From a virus, in the IMG/VR virus record IMGVR_UViG_3300030419_008098, positions 1-64,000 of that record: DNA of 64,000 nucleotides; one strand, written 5' to 3'. Every line of letters begins with the position of its first letter. The stretch's first letter is position 1. Made by a program: the position numbers and the translations under genes. The notes below the pieces were generated by a model. That model did no database searches. It saw nothing but the letters and a program-made list of their open reading frames with translations, and was not told the DNA's origin. Of the stretch, positions 7,964-15,691 are shown one piece after another.

Positions 7964-8137
7964 ATTTCGCTCTTTCCTTAAGTTAAAGTTCAGCCTTGCC
8001 TAGTTTCGCTATTAAAGTGTGGCGTCATCGTACATATTTCGCTCTGTTAAAGCAACAATTGGATCATGTTTCGCAACCCAAGAGCTTAGCTCAGCTGGTG
8101 TTTCGCCTTGGAAGTAATACTCTCCACCTCGTTTCAC
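7964..8137 (-). CRISPR. Non-canonical mini-repeat guide array upstream of nuclease
   Basis: RTTTCRC at 7964, 8003, 8036, 8068, 8100, 8131 (spacing 39,33,32,32,31) with unique intervening sequences; motif equals the end of the 36-nt repeat. Confidence 0.75.
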
Positions 8138-8224
8138 TTTAGAAAAGATGCTCTTTGATGCAATCTCGGAGCTTTGGATTCCCCCTGCGAACTAGGGAAG
8201 AATTTTAAATTATTTAAAGAACTG
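8131..8224 (-). ncRNA. Scaffold RNA copy D, first element after the promoter
   Basis: Hairpin 8178-8203, stem 8150-8172, boxA-like 8213-8224. Confidence 0.75.
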
Positions 8225-8230
8225 TAATAC

Positions 8231-8259
8231 ATTATCTCATAAACCGTGTTAAAAGTCAA
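8231..8259 (-). promoter_or_regulatory. Sigma70-type promoter driving scaffold D / mini-array / nuclease
   Basis: TTGACT-17 bp-GATAAT with TG extended -10. Confidence 0.75.
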
Positions 8260-8410
8260 GGTTTTTTATTCTTTATGTCTCGTATTTGGACAAGTTACAT
8301 CGTGTATCCACACAGAGAGCCGACTAGCCCCCAGAGGGTTAAATAAATAAACAGCCCAATAAGCCATTTCAGCAAAGGAATGACCAAAAACATTGTGAAT
8401 GAACCAATTT

Positions 8411-8602
8411 TTATAAAGTTTTTTCATAAGTAAGAGCATCCTTTATTTTGTTCACAGCCGTTTGTGAATCAGTAAGAATGTGTTCTCCATTAATTAAGAC
8501 GATCTTCCAAGTCCCATAATTTCTACGCTTTCTAATATAAACCACATGATCGCTATTTATATAATAAAACTGTTCGGTATTATCTACTACTTCTATAATC
8601 AT
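8411..8602 (-). CDS. Hypothetical protein (weak FlbD-like pattern)
   Basis: 63 aa, YINSDHVVYI...IVLINGE. Confidence 0.5.
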   Translation of the reverse strand: MIIEVVDNTEQFYYINSDHVVYIRKRRNYGTWKIVLINGEHILTDSQTAVNKIKDALTYEKTL

Positions 8603-9122
8603 AGTTATTTAGAGTATCCAACTCGTTTAAAAGTTTTTTTGCGCGTTGTATTAAGCGAAATTTTTCTGTATTTATATTATTTGCCGTGGTCTGTAGTTGC
8701 TCCGCTATTTCTTTGACCGTTAAGCCATCACAGATAAGAGAAAATATTTTTTGTTGTTTTTTAGTGAGCCTACCTAAAATTTTAAGACGGAGCCAACGCC
8801 TTTCCTCCGTAACCACTGGAGCAAAAGGAATGTAAGACAAAAACGGCTCACTCGCCTCGTTCTCCGCGCTGTTATAAAAATTAATGGATACATGAGTGGG
8901 GGTTTTTTTATGTTTTTTAAAATAATTTAATATTTGATACTTGGCTATTCCTATTATCCATGCTTCAAAACATCTCCCCTCCTCAAAAACCTCTTCTTTA
9001 TTTAACGCAACTTCATTCACACTTTGAACTATATCCAAAGCGTCTGCCTCATTGAAAACTTTAGACTTAACAAATGCTTTTAATTGAGGCTGATTTTGTT
9101 TAAGCTGAGTTCCATAAGACAT
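8580..9122 (-). CDS. ECF-type RNA polymerase sigma factor-like protein
   Basis: DALDIVQ, FEAWIIGIAKYQILNYFKK (region 2); LTKKQQKIF...GLTVKEIAEQL (region 4). Confidence 0.8.
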   Translation of the reverse strand: MSYGTQLKQNQPQLKAFVKSKVFNEADALDIVQSVNEVALNKEEVFEEGRCFEAWIIGIAKYQILNYFKKHKKTPTHVSINFYNSAENEASEPFLSYIPFAPVVTEERRWLRLKILGRLTKKQQKIFSLICDGLTVKEIAEQLQTTANNINTEKFRLIQRAKKLLNELDTLNNYDYRSSR

Positions 9123-9691
9123 TAAAAGGGAGCATACTGAGGTTTCGTAGCTTTTACCTTCCCAACTTTAGCTTTAGGGGATTTAGCTTGTTGTTTGGAT
9201 TTTTTAGGGATTTTGGGGGAAGCAGAAGGATTTCTAAATTGATACTGACTCAACACTAATTTATTTGTACCATATACATCATCGAGAGCAAGCTCCAAGG
9301 TTTCGAGTGCATAACGAGAGTGAGTCATGGAGCCGTAGTGTCTAGAGTTATCTAGTTTTCTGAAGATATTAAGTAAAAAATCTTTGGCATCAGCATAATT
9401 TCCTATATTGGCGAGATCAAGAGACTCCTTCCAGAATCTATAACTACTGCGTTGGCGATAACGCTTCTTTATTTGAATCTCTACCTTTCGTTTTTGAACG
9501 CTGTCAGGAGGAGAGAAATCCAACTCCGTTTGAATGGATTCAAAAACCTTTTCGGGAATACGATACCCACCGCCTTCCACGGGCTCGGCTTGTAAATAAG
9601 TTAAGTTAAGGAGATTCTGAAACCTGCGCAAAATCTTATTTTTATTCATCTCGCCAGTCATGCGAGCCCCTGCCATTGTCATACTGCTCAT
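9122..9691 (-). CDS. Hypothetical protein
   Basis: 189 aa, TAATG coupling. Confidence 0.65.
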   Translation of the reverse strand: MSSMTMAGARMTGEMNKNKILRRFQNLLNLTYLQAEPVEGGGYRIPEKVFESIQTELDFSPPDSVQKRKVEIQIKKRYRQRSSYRFWKESLDLANIGNYADAKDFLLNIFRKLDNSRHYGSMTHSRYALETLELALDDVYGTNKLVLSQYQFRNPSASPKIPKKSKQQAKSPKAKVGKVKATKPQYAPF

Positions 9692-9963
9692 TATTTTTCT
9701 TTATGTATTATTTTAAAAACTAAATTACTATACTCGTCTTTGGATATAATCATGCCTATTTTCGAATAACCTTCAGAGTAAAATATTTCATCTAAAAATT
9801 CTGCTATATGAAGGGACTGAGGGTTAGAGTCGGAAGAAGTCGGAAAAGAGGGAGGGGGAGGCTGAAGGTTGCTCGAAAAAATAGATTTCAAAAACTCTTT
9901 AGCTTGCTCATCAGAAATTCTTAAAGGAGAACTAGGCTCCCACCCTTCCTTAAAGGCTATCAC
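9691..9963 (-). CDS. Hypothetical protein
   Basis: 90 aa, coupled to neighbours. Confidence 0.5.
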   Translation of the reverse strand: MIAFKEGWEPSSPLRISDEQAKEFLKSIFSSNLQPPPPSFPTSSDSNPQSLHIAEFLDEIFYSEGYSKIGMIISKDEYSNLVFKIIHKEK

Positions 9964-10577
9964 TGTTTATCTTCTTTGACAATGGATTTATCGTCAACAC
10001 GAGGAAATTGCGGAACAACAGGAACTGGCTCCCCTTGTCGCTCAAGAAGAGTATCGATTATACCAAGGTAGGCTTCATCAATGCTTTCCCCCGTGTCCAA
10101 AGCATCCATCAACATTTCCATTACATAATTGGAGTCTACTAGCGTATCTAATTCAGTTTGAAGCTCAGTATTTTGATTTAGGAGGCGTGGCACCATTTTG
10201 CGCAATGAGACAAGCTCCTTCATAATACCCTCCGACACCGTAAGAATATCCGCCTCTTCTATGTTTTGGCCAATGGCGGCATGATAGCCTTCGGTATAAT
10301 CATAAAGAGATTCTCCTCTCGCTAGCGCTACGCCAGCTTGAGTCTTTCCCGCCTCAAATCCTTGAGAATAGGACTCGGCCCTTACTACTGCAAGCTGACT
10401 GCTGAAGTCGTTTATTTGCGCGTTTTGAATATTTGTTTCCACCGCATAACTTTGCAGAAGAGTTTGCAAATTTTTATTATTATCCTGCTGGCTTTGAATA
10501 TTATCCTGCTGGCTTTGAAACATGAACCCACCGAGAATAATGGCGGCAATCCATAGGTATCTTTCAGTTATTTTCAT
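9960..10577 (-). CDS. Membrane-anchored coiled-coil protein
   Basis: N-terminal TM; 21-nt tandem duplication at 10479-10520 (QSQQDN x2). Confidence 0.65.
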   Translation of the reverse strand: MKITERYLWIAAIILGGFMFQSQQDNIQSQQDNNKNLQTLLQSYAVETNIQNAQINDFSSQLAVVRAESYSQGFEAGKTQAGVALARGESLYDYTEGYHAAIGQNIEEADILTVSEGIMKELVSLRKMVPRLLNQNTELQTELDTLVDSNYVMEMLMDALDTGESIDEAYLGIIDTLLERQGEPVPVVPQFPRVDDKSIVKEDKQ

Positions 10578-10774
10578 GATTTAGTTTTTAGAGATTTAAC
10601 TTTTTTCTTTTTTTTAAAAGTTTTTTTGACTACAGGTTTTTTTCCTAAATTCTCCATGAAACTTCCATCAAGAAGTTCCATCCATCCTACATGATCTTTC
10701 CATACAGGAATTAAAAAGTTTTCCACATGCAGATCCCACACGCTTTTTTCTGCCAATTTTTTACTCTTCTTCAT
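10574..10774 (-). CDS. Lys-rich hypothetical protein
   Basis: 66 aa, in operon. Confidence 0.55.
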   Translation of the reverse strand: MKKSKKLAEKSVWDLHVENFLIPVWKDHVGWMELLDGSFMENLGKKPVVKKTFKKKKKVKSLKTKS

Positions 10775-11042
10775 ATTGAGGGCTCCAGTAAATGTTAGAG
10801 AAAAGCACTAATTCAATACCTTCAGGGGTTTCTACATCAATTCCAATAGGCTCCCCTTCGGGAACGGGACTGTCATCGACGGCGTAAAAGAATTCGTCTT
10901 CCTCTCCTGCATACATAATATCGTCAACGGTGGTTTTCATTACTATATCTTTATGGGTTAAGGGTGGAGCAATAACCTTAGTGTAGCCCCTTGGGCGACG
11001 GAGATGCTTCATATTTGGCTTCATTGTCTTCATTGTCTTCAA
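10761..11042 (-). CDS. Hypothetical protein
   Basis: 93 aa; start uncertain. Confidence 0.55.
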   Translation of the reverse strand: MKTMKTMKPNMKHLRRPRGYTKVIAPPLTHKDIVMKTTVDDIMYAGEEDEFFYAVDDSPVPEGEPIGIDVETPEGIELVLFSNIYWSPQYEEE

Positions 11043-11301
11043 ATTCGAGGGATTGTTGTAAATCTTTTACTGCTTCACTTTCCAATTCTGGCAAGGTTAG
11101 CACAGGAGATGACTCTTTGTCAACTATTTTTTTCGTTCTAAGCCAATTCCGTTGAGCTATGCGTATTACAAATCGCATAAATGCGAATGAGTAGACTTTG
11201 TTTAGCTTTACTTCATTGCCCTCTTTATCTTTAATAGTAAAGTTTTTAGTGACCTCGTCATAAGAGAACTGAGCAAATTTTAAAGATTTATTTATTTTCA
11301 T
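10978..11301 (-). CDS. Hypothetical protein
   Basis: 107 aa ORF. Confidence 0.6.
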   Translation of the reverse strand: MKINKSLKFAQFSYDEVTKNFTIKDKEGNEVKLNKVYSFAFMRFVIRIAQRNWLRTKKIVDKESSPVLTLPELESEAVKDLQQSLEFEDNEDNEAKYEASPSPKGLH

Positions 11302-11476
11302 TTAAACATTCCTTGAGGAATTTTTCAGCTTCACTAAAAGCTTCAGGGTGATATTTGCGACACCACCTTAAAACCCATTTTTCTATGGCGCGCTCTTGAC
11401 AGAGAGTTATATCAAAATCTACCGTATAATTCATTTTTAACTCCACTATAGTACCATAGGGAGGCAAAAATGTCAA
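11288..11476 (-). CDS. Hypothetical protein
   Basis: 62 aa ORF; start uncertain. Confidence 0.5.
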   Translation of the reverse strand: MTFLPPYGTIVELKMNYTVDFDITLCQERAIEKWVLRWCRKYHPEAFSEAEKFLKECLNENK

Positions 11477-11736
11477 GGATTATTTTCGTAAAAACGCAAT
11501 TCAGGATTGGGGTCCATTTCTTTTCCGTTGTTGTTGCGTCGATAGTGTTCTTTTATTAATTCTTGCATAAAAAAATAATATGCACCATAGTCCTTATTTT
11601 CCCCCGCCACTTTTATCTCGTGAACGAAAACTTCCGCCCAATCACGCCTGGAGTCATCAAATTTAGTGTCTACTGGTTGAGGGTCGTGAGTGGTTACACA
11701 ACCACAGACCAACAACAGCGGCAGGAATCTGAGCAC
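11473..11736 (-). CDS. Putative lipoprotein
   Basis: Short signal with LVCGC lipobox-like motif. Confidence 0.55.
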   Translation of the reverse strand: MLRFLPLLLVCGCVTTHDPQPVDTKFDDSRRDWAEVFVHEIKVAGENKDYGAYYFFMQELIKEHYRRNNNGKEMDPNPELRFYENNP

Positions 11737-11767
11737 ATAAGGATATACACATTATTTGGAAAACCCT

Positions 11768-12025
11768 CTACAAATCAAGGCTTTGGGGTTCAAACCATGC
11801 AGTACACAGCTCAGTTTTTAAGTCTTTTTGAACTTGAGTGCAACAGTACCCCGCCCCCACCATTCTTTCCACAAGGGGAGTAAAATATTTAACCTCTAAC
11901 CGACATTTTAATTCTTCGACGAACTGCCCCTTCTCCCCTATAGCTTCTCGGAAATTTTGTTGGACAACCTTATCTATGATGACAGTTTCGCAAAATTCTT
12001 CACAAATTGATTTCGCAATACTCAT
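11768..12025 (-). CDS. Hypothetical protein
   Basis: 85 aa ORF. Confidence 0.55.
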   Translation of the reverse strand: MSIAKSICEEFCETVIIDKVVQQNFREAIGEKGQFVEELKCRLEVKYFTPLVERMVGAGYCCTQVQKDLKTELCTAWFEPQSLDL

Positions 12026-12028
12026 TTT

Positions 12029-12496
12029 TTAACTCTCCAAATCTTGGACAATTTTTTTAACCTCTGTCATATCCACAGATTCATCGACTTGACCTTCGAG
12101 GCTACGGCGTTCTTCTAACACTTTTTCTTCCGTAAAACCGTAAAAGGTTATTTCATATAAAATATGAGCGGCAGTTTCATTTATATTAAAAATAAACGGC
12201 TCCTGTATTTGGGCATCAATAATCTCCGACCAAGGAGTGAGGTCAATCCCATAATCGGATTCTTCTTCAATATTATGCCAACAAATGTCGTCCAACTCAT
12301 CCCCTGTTGTTCTTACTTTAATTTCCCACTCTTTATTAGGCGCAAACGGCTTTTGGAGCAACTCATTCATAACTTTTTGGTAAGAGCGCGCCATTTCATG
12401 GACTTCGTCATCTATATTTTTATAATAATATTCTTTGTATAGATGATTAAAGATCTCTTTGTGGTTTGTTTTTTTTAATAATTCCCGAAAAGTCAT
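12029..12496 (-). CDS. Hypothetical protein
   Basis: 155 aa, YGIDLTPWSE...AHILYEITFYGF. Confidence 0.7.
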   Translation of the reverse strand: MTFRELLKKTNHKEIFNHLYKEYYYKNIDDEVHEMARSYQKVMNELLQKPFAPNKEWEIKVRTTGDELDDICWHNIEEESDYGIDLTPWSEIIDAQIQEPFIFNINETAAHILYEITFYGFTEEKVLEERRSLEGQVDESVDMTEVKKIVQDLES

Positions 12497-12735
12497 AATG
12501 GTTTGCCGTGAAGAGGGTTATTTCTACCCTTATCATAACTATTGGTCAACTCGTTTTCAAGCATTTTTATATAAATTGTTTGCGCATTTATAAGTTTATT
12601 TTGGTCTGCGATCTCATCTCGTTGATCCACAGCAAGTTGGAAAAGTCGCTCATTCTCCACCTCCTGCTGATAGAGGGTGTAGGTGAGCCACAAAAAGATA
12701 AAAAATAAAAAATAAATTAAACTACGATCTGCCAC
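12493..12735 (-). CDS. Membrane-anchored coiled-coil protein
   Basis: N-terminal TM, 80 aa. Confidence 0.55.
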   Translation of the reverse strand: MADRSLIYFLFFIFLWLTYTLYQQEVENERLFQLAVDQRDEIADQNKLINAQTIYIKMLENELTNSYDKGRNNPLHGKPL

Positions 12736-12752
12736 ATAGCAATTTACACTAT

Positions 12753-12926
12753 TTATTTCACAGATCTGGAATCAAAGGTAGAAAGCCCACAAAACATTGC
12801 CACACAAGCAGAAAAAATACAAGTTAAAGAGCCCGAATATAGCAGAAAGCCACCAATTATTAAATTTAAAATAGACAAAAAGTAAAGCAATTTACCTCTT
12901 AAATTTAGTTCTCCCCAAGAACGCAT
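12753..12926 (-). CDS. Small membrane protein (below ORF track cutoff)
   Basis: MRSWGELNLRGKLLYFLSILNL..., 57 aa, two TM segments, preceded by GTGTA motif. Confidence 0.5.
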   Translation of the reverse strand: MRSWGELNLRGKLLYFLSILNLIIGGFLLYSGSLTCIFSACVAMFCGLSTFDSRSVK

Positions 12927-12946
12927 GCATTATATTACACCACCCT

Positions 12947-13672
12947 TTATTCTATAGCATAAACATAAGGGTTTTTATTGGGCTTGTCTGTCACGGTGTG
13001 GTATTTGAGACGCCTAACATCGGCTGTATTTAAAATATCTAAAACGACATTCAGAGACTTATCCATCTCCCTAAGGGATACCTGCGGCTCGTCTTCAACA
13101 CTCAAACCTCCAAAAGAGTGCTGTATTTTATCGAAGATTCGTGTTTTTGTTATATTGACTGCCTGACGAGAGTTGTCGTACTTTTGCGCCAACTCCAACT
13201 CAGTCATTCCCTGAAGAAGCCCCTCAAAAACTTCTTTTTCATGATCAGTTAAAATATGAGAATATTTATTTATTATATTTTCAATTACTTTTACTTTAGC
13301 AACAGCATCAAATTCTTCTAACTCTTCATTGTCTTCCCCTGTATTTTCCGCCACAATGTCGAAGAGGCTTTTTTCCCCCTCATCGGTATAAAAGGTTCCA
13401 TCGTGAAGCTTCTGATCTTTATTTATATAACGGATGGCCTGCCATTTAGTTAAATTGCGGGCATAGTTATAAGCCCACTTACCAAAATCGGCTTTAGTAA
13501 ACTCATACCCGAATCTCTCAAAGAACTTATCTTTCGTGCTTAACAGTTGTTGATTTGTAACACTCACGACGTCATCCACCTTGATGTGGAGAGTGTTGGA
13601 TAAATGTTTTCCAATAATACGTTTTAAGTCCTCTTGGTAATTAACTAAAAACTCTTCAAATCTACACTTCAT
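12947..13672 (-). CDS. Sigma factor-like transcription regulator
   Basis: FGKWAYNYARN (region 2-like); LTDHEKEVF...GMTELELAQKYDNSRQAV (region 4 HTH). Confidence 0.7.
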   Translation of the reverse strand: MKCRFEEFLVNYQEDLKRIIGKHLSNTLHIKVDDVVSVTNQQLLSTKDKFFERFGYEFTKADFGKWAYNYARNLTKWQAIRYINKDQKLHDGTFYTDEGEKSLFDIVAENTGEDNEELEEFDAVAKVKVIENIINKYSHILTDHEKEVFEGLLQGMTELELAQKYDNSRQAVNITKTRIFDKIQHSFGGLSVEDEPQVSLREMDKSLNVVLDILNTADVRRLKYHTVTDKPNKNPYVYAIE

Positions 13673-14930
13673 GTTTTTCTATATCCTCTCTCCAACGTTT
13701 AAATGTGCGAGTATCTACCTTAAAAATTTTGGCAGCTTGGTGATCTAACTTACCCTCTTGGTAGTAAGCTTGCATAATTAAATGCTTGTTCTCTTTAATA
13801 AATTCAATCCTATTCTTGGTGCGAGTTTTGCGACACGAAGCAGCTTTGAGTCGCATAGAAATTTCTGAGGACCAAAATTCTTTTTCAAACTCGGGGTCTT
13901 CTTTAACAAAGCGCTTCATTAGCCTTATAAGATGGCTATTGGTAATCCCTAAGGCCTGCGCAGTCTCAGTGCGTTTATGGTCGTTCTCGCGCAACGCATC
14001 TATCACCCTCTCTTTCCAGTCGCCATAAAGCTTTGCTTTTTTAGCTTTCCATGTAGCGGTAATTTTTTTCTTCCATTTTTTATATTGAGGGGTCCCTTTT
14101 TTATTAGGAGGGGGTTTATGTCCCCTCTCACGTAAAGTATTAGCAAGTTTAGCTCGGGACTCTGGAGAGGCCATAGAATTGGGGGGCATAGGACGTGTTT
14201 TGGTAAGAGGAAACTCTTTTTTCCAGTCCACTTCAGGAAAGCGCTTAAGGGCGCGAAGGAAACTAGAGCGATTAGTCTTTGTACCATCAGCCGCCCAGTT
14301 TATATTTCCATGATATTTTTTCATTACCTTTTTTAAGTAATTCAACTCCATCTCCATATGCTCGGCATTACGCTTCGTAGAAAACCCTTTTCGTTGGGCG
14401 GAAGCCTTGCAGTAGGCGGAGCTGGCGCAAATTTTTCTTAATTCAGGACATAAAGGTTTAAAGGAGTCTTTAAGGTGCGTTTCTACTAGTTTATTACAGG
14501 CTTTTATTAATCGAGCTTTATGATCTGCAGAAACAGGGCGAGAGGGTACATTATATCTATTTAATTGCCCCTTGATTCGCTTTTTTTCGAACTTAAATAC
14601 TTTATTCCAATCATTGGGGAAAGAAACGTTACGGATAGCCTCCCACTGAGAAATAGAGAGTTTTCTTCTTAAATCAGCAATGTGCCAACATTCATGCACC
14701 ATTGAAGTGGAAACGCTGCGAATTTTTAGAAAATTTGCATCCTCCTTTAAACGCTCAATTAAAATCTTCTTAGCTAAGCCGGCAGAGCGTGCTTTAATGA
14801 TGGTTTTAAAGTCGCGTTCTAAACCAGCCTTATAACATTCGGTATAACTTAAGCACCAATATTGATTGTGGGAAAACTTCTTTTTTCTCACATCCTTTTG
14901 CTTTATTTTAGATCGGGGTCTCTTATCCAT
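13662..14930 (-). CDS. Multi-HTH DNA-binding protein (three Fis-like HTHs)
   Basis: KKYHGNINWAA...NRSSFLR; ALRENDHKRTETAQALGI; QAAKIFKVDTRTFKRW. Confidence 0.65.
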   Translation of the reverse strand: MDKRPRSKIKQKDVRKKKFSHNQYWCLSYTECYKAGLERDFKTIIKARSAGLAKKILIERLKEDANFLKIRSVSTSMVHECWHIADLRRKLSISQWEAIRNVSFPNDWNKVFKFEKKRIKGQLNRYNVPSRPVSADHKARLIKACNKLVETHLKDSFKPLCPELRKICASSAYCKASAQRKGFSTKRNAEHMEMELNYLKKVMKKYHGNINWAADGTKTNRSSFLRALKRFPEVDWKKEFPLTKTRPMPPNSMASPESRAKLANTLRERGHKPPPNKKGTPQYKKWKKKITATWKAKKAKLYGDWKERVIDALRENDHKRTETAQALGITNSHLIRLMKRFVKEDPEFEKEFWSSEISMRLKAASCRKTRTKNRIEFIKENKHLIMQAYYQEGKLDHQAAKIFKVDTRTFKRWREDIEKHEV

Positions 14931-15116
14931 ATGCGGACTATTATTTCATAGAACAGCCCAAAAGTCAAGACTTTTTTTGGGGTTTCCAATTAATATTCTC
15001 ATAATTATCTCTAAAGCGCGGGGATAAATTGCGGGGAGCATCCCCTTTACCGTTTTGACTCTTCGGCTTACAGGGGGTGCATTTGCCTTTTGTGCAAGAT
15101 TTTTTCTTTTTTTTAG

Positions 15117-15287
15117 TCATTTCCATTTACAATAATTGGGGTTCTCTAAACGTTTTCTACGCATATAGTCTCTTTTTTGCGCCCTCCGCTTGTCGAGGTG
15201 CGTTTTATCATATTTCTTTTGGGCGCGCAACAACGCCTCCTTTCCTTTGTCCGTTTTCATGTATTTTTGTTGAGATTTATTTTTCAT
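15117..15287 (-). CDS. Small basic protein
   Basis: MKNKSQQKYMKTDKGKEAL..., ATG at 15287 directly behind AGTGGACTATA motif. Confidence 0.55.
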   Translation of the reverse strand: MKNKSQQKYMKTDKGKEALLRAQKKYDKTHLDKRRAQKRDYMRRKRLENPNYCKWK

Positions 15288-15367
15288 ATATAGTCCACTG
15301 GCAGTTGAAAGTTTTTTAAAAAATTTTAAGGGGAAAAAAATTATACCCCAACTTATGGCGGTTACAC

Positions 15368-15399
15368 AAAAAGGGGGCGTCCCGTAGGACACCCCCTTT
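15368..15399 (-). terminator. Rho-independent terminator
   Basis: GGGGGTGTCC-TACG-GGACGCCCCC hairpin followed by T-tract on minus strand. Confidence 0.8.
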
Positions 15400-15420
15400 G
15401 GTGTACAGAAGTAAAATTAA

Positions 15421-15669
15421 TTACTTTTTCGGGCCGCAACAATCTTGCTTTTGCAAGAGTCCAACAAGGAGCAGAAGGGTGATGAGGCCAGCTAAGCTAG
15501 CTCCTTCCCCAACAAAACCATTGACAATCGCTTGAAGATTCCCAATAACATTCATTCCTGCTTCTTCACCGAAAACGACTTGTGAAAGCACAAGAAGTCC
15601 GATGACCGACGTTAACACTGTAAAGAGTCCTCCAATGGAAGACTTGATGGTTTGTACTACTTTATCCAT
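15421..15669 (-). CDS. Small membrane protein
   Basis: Two TM segments, 82 aa. Confidence 0.7.
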   Translation of the reverse strand: MDKVVQTIKSSIGGLFTVLTSVIGLLVLSQVVFGEEAGMNVIGNLQAIVNGFVGEGASLAGLITLLLLVGLLQKQDCCGPKK

Positions 15670-15691
15670 GATAATATATAATGGGTTAAGG

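Noticed and set aside
7989-7999. Guide resemblance to 16S rRNA (GCAAGGCTGAA)
   Set aside because: The match is only 11 nt with mismatched flanks and is expected by chance.
5697-8137. Self-targeting of guides within this window
   Set aside because: No convincing match was noticed by eye; the check was not exhaustive and needs a computational search.
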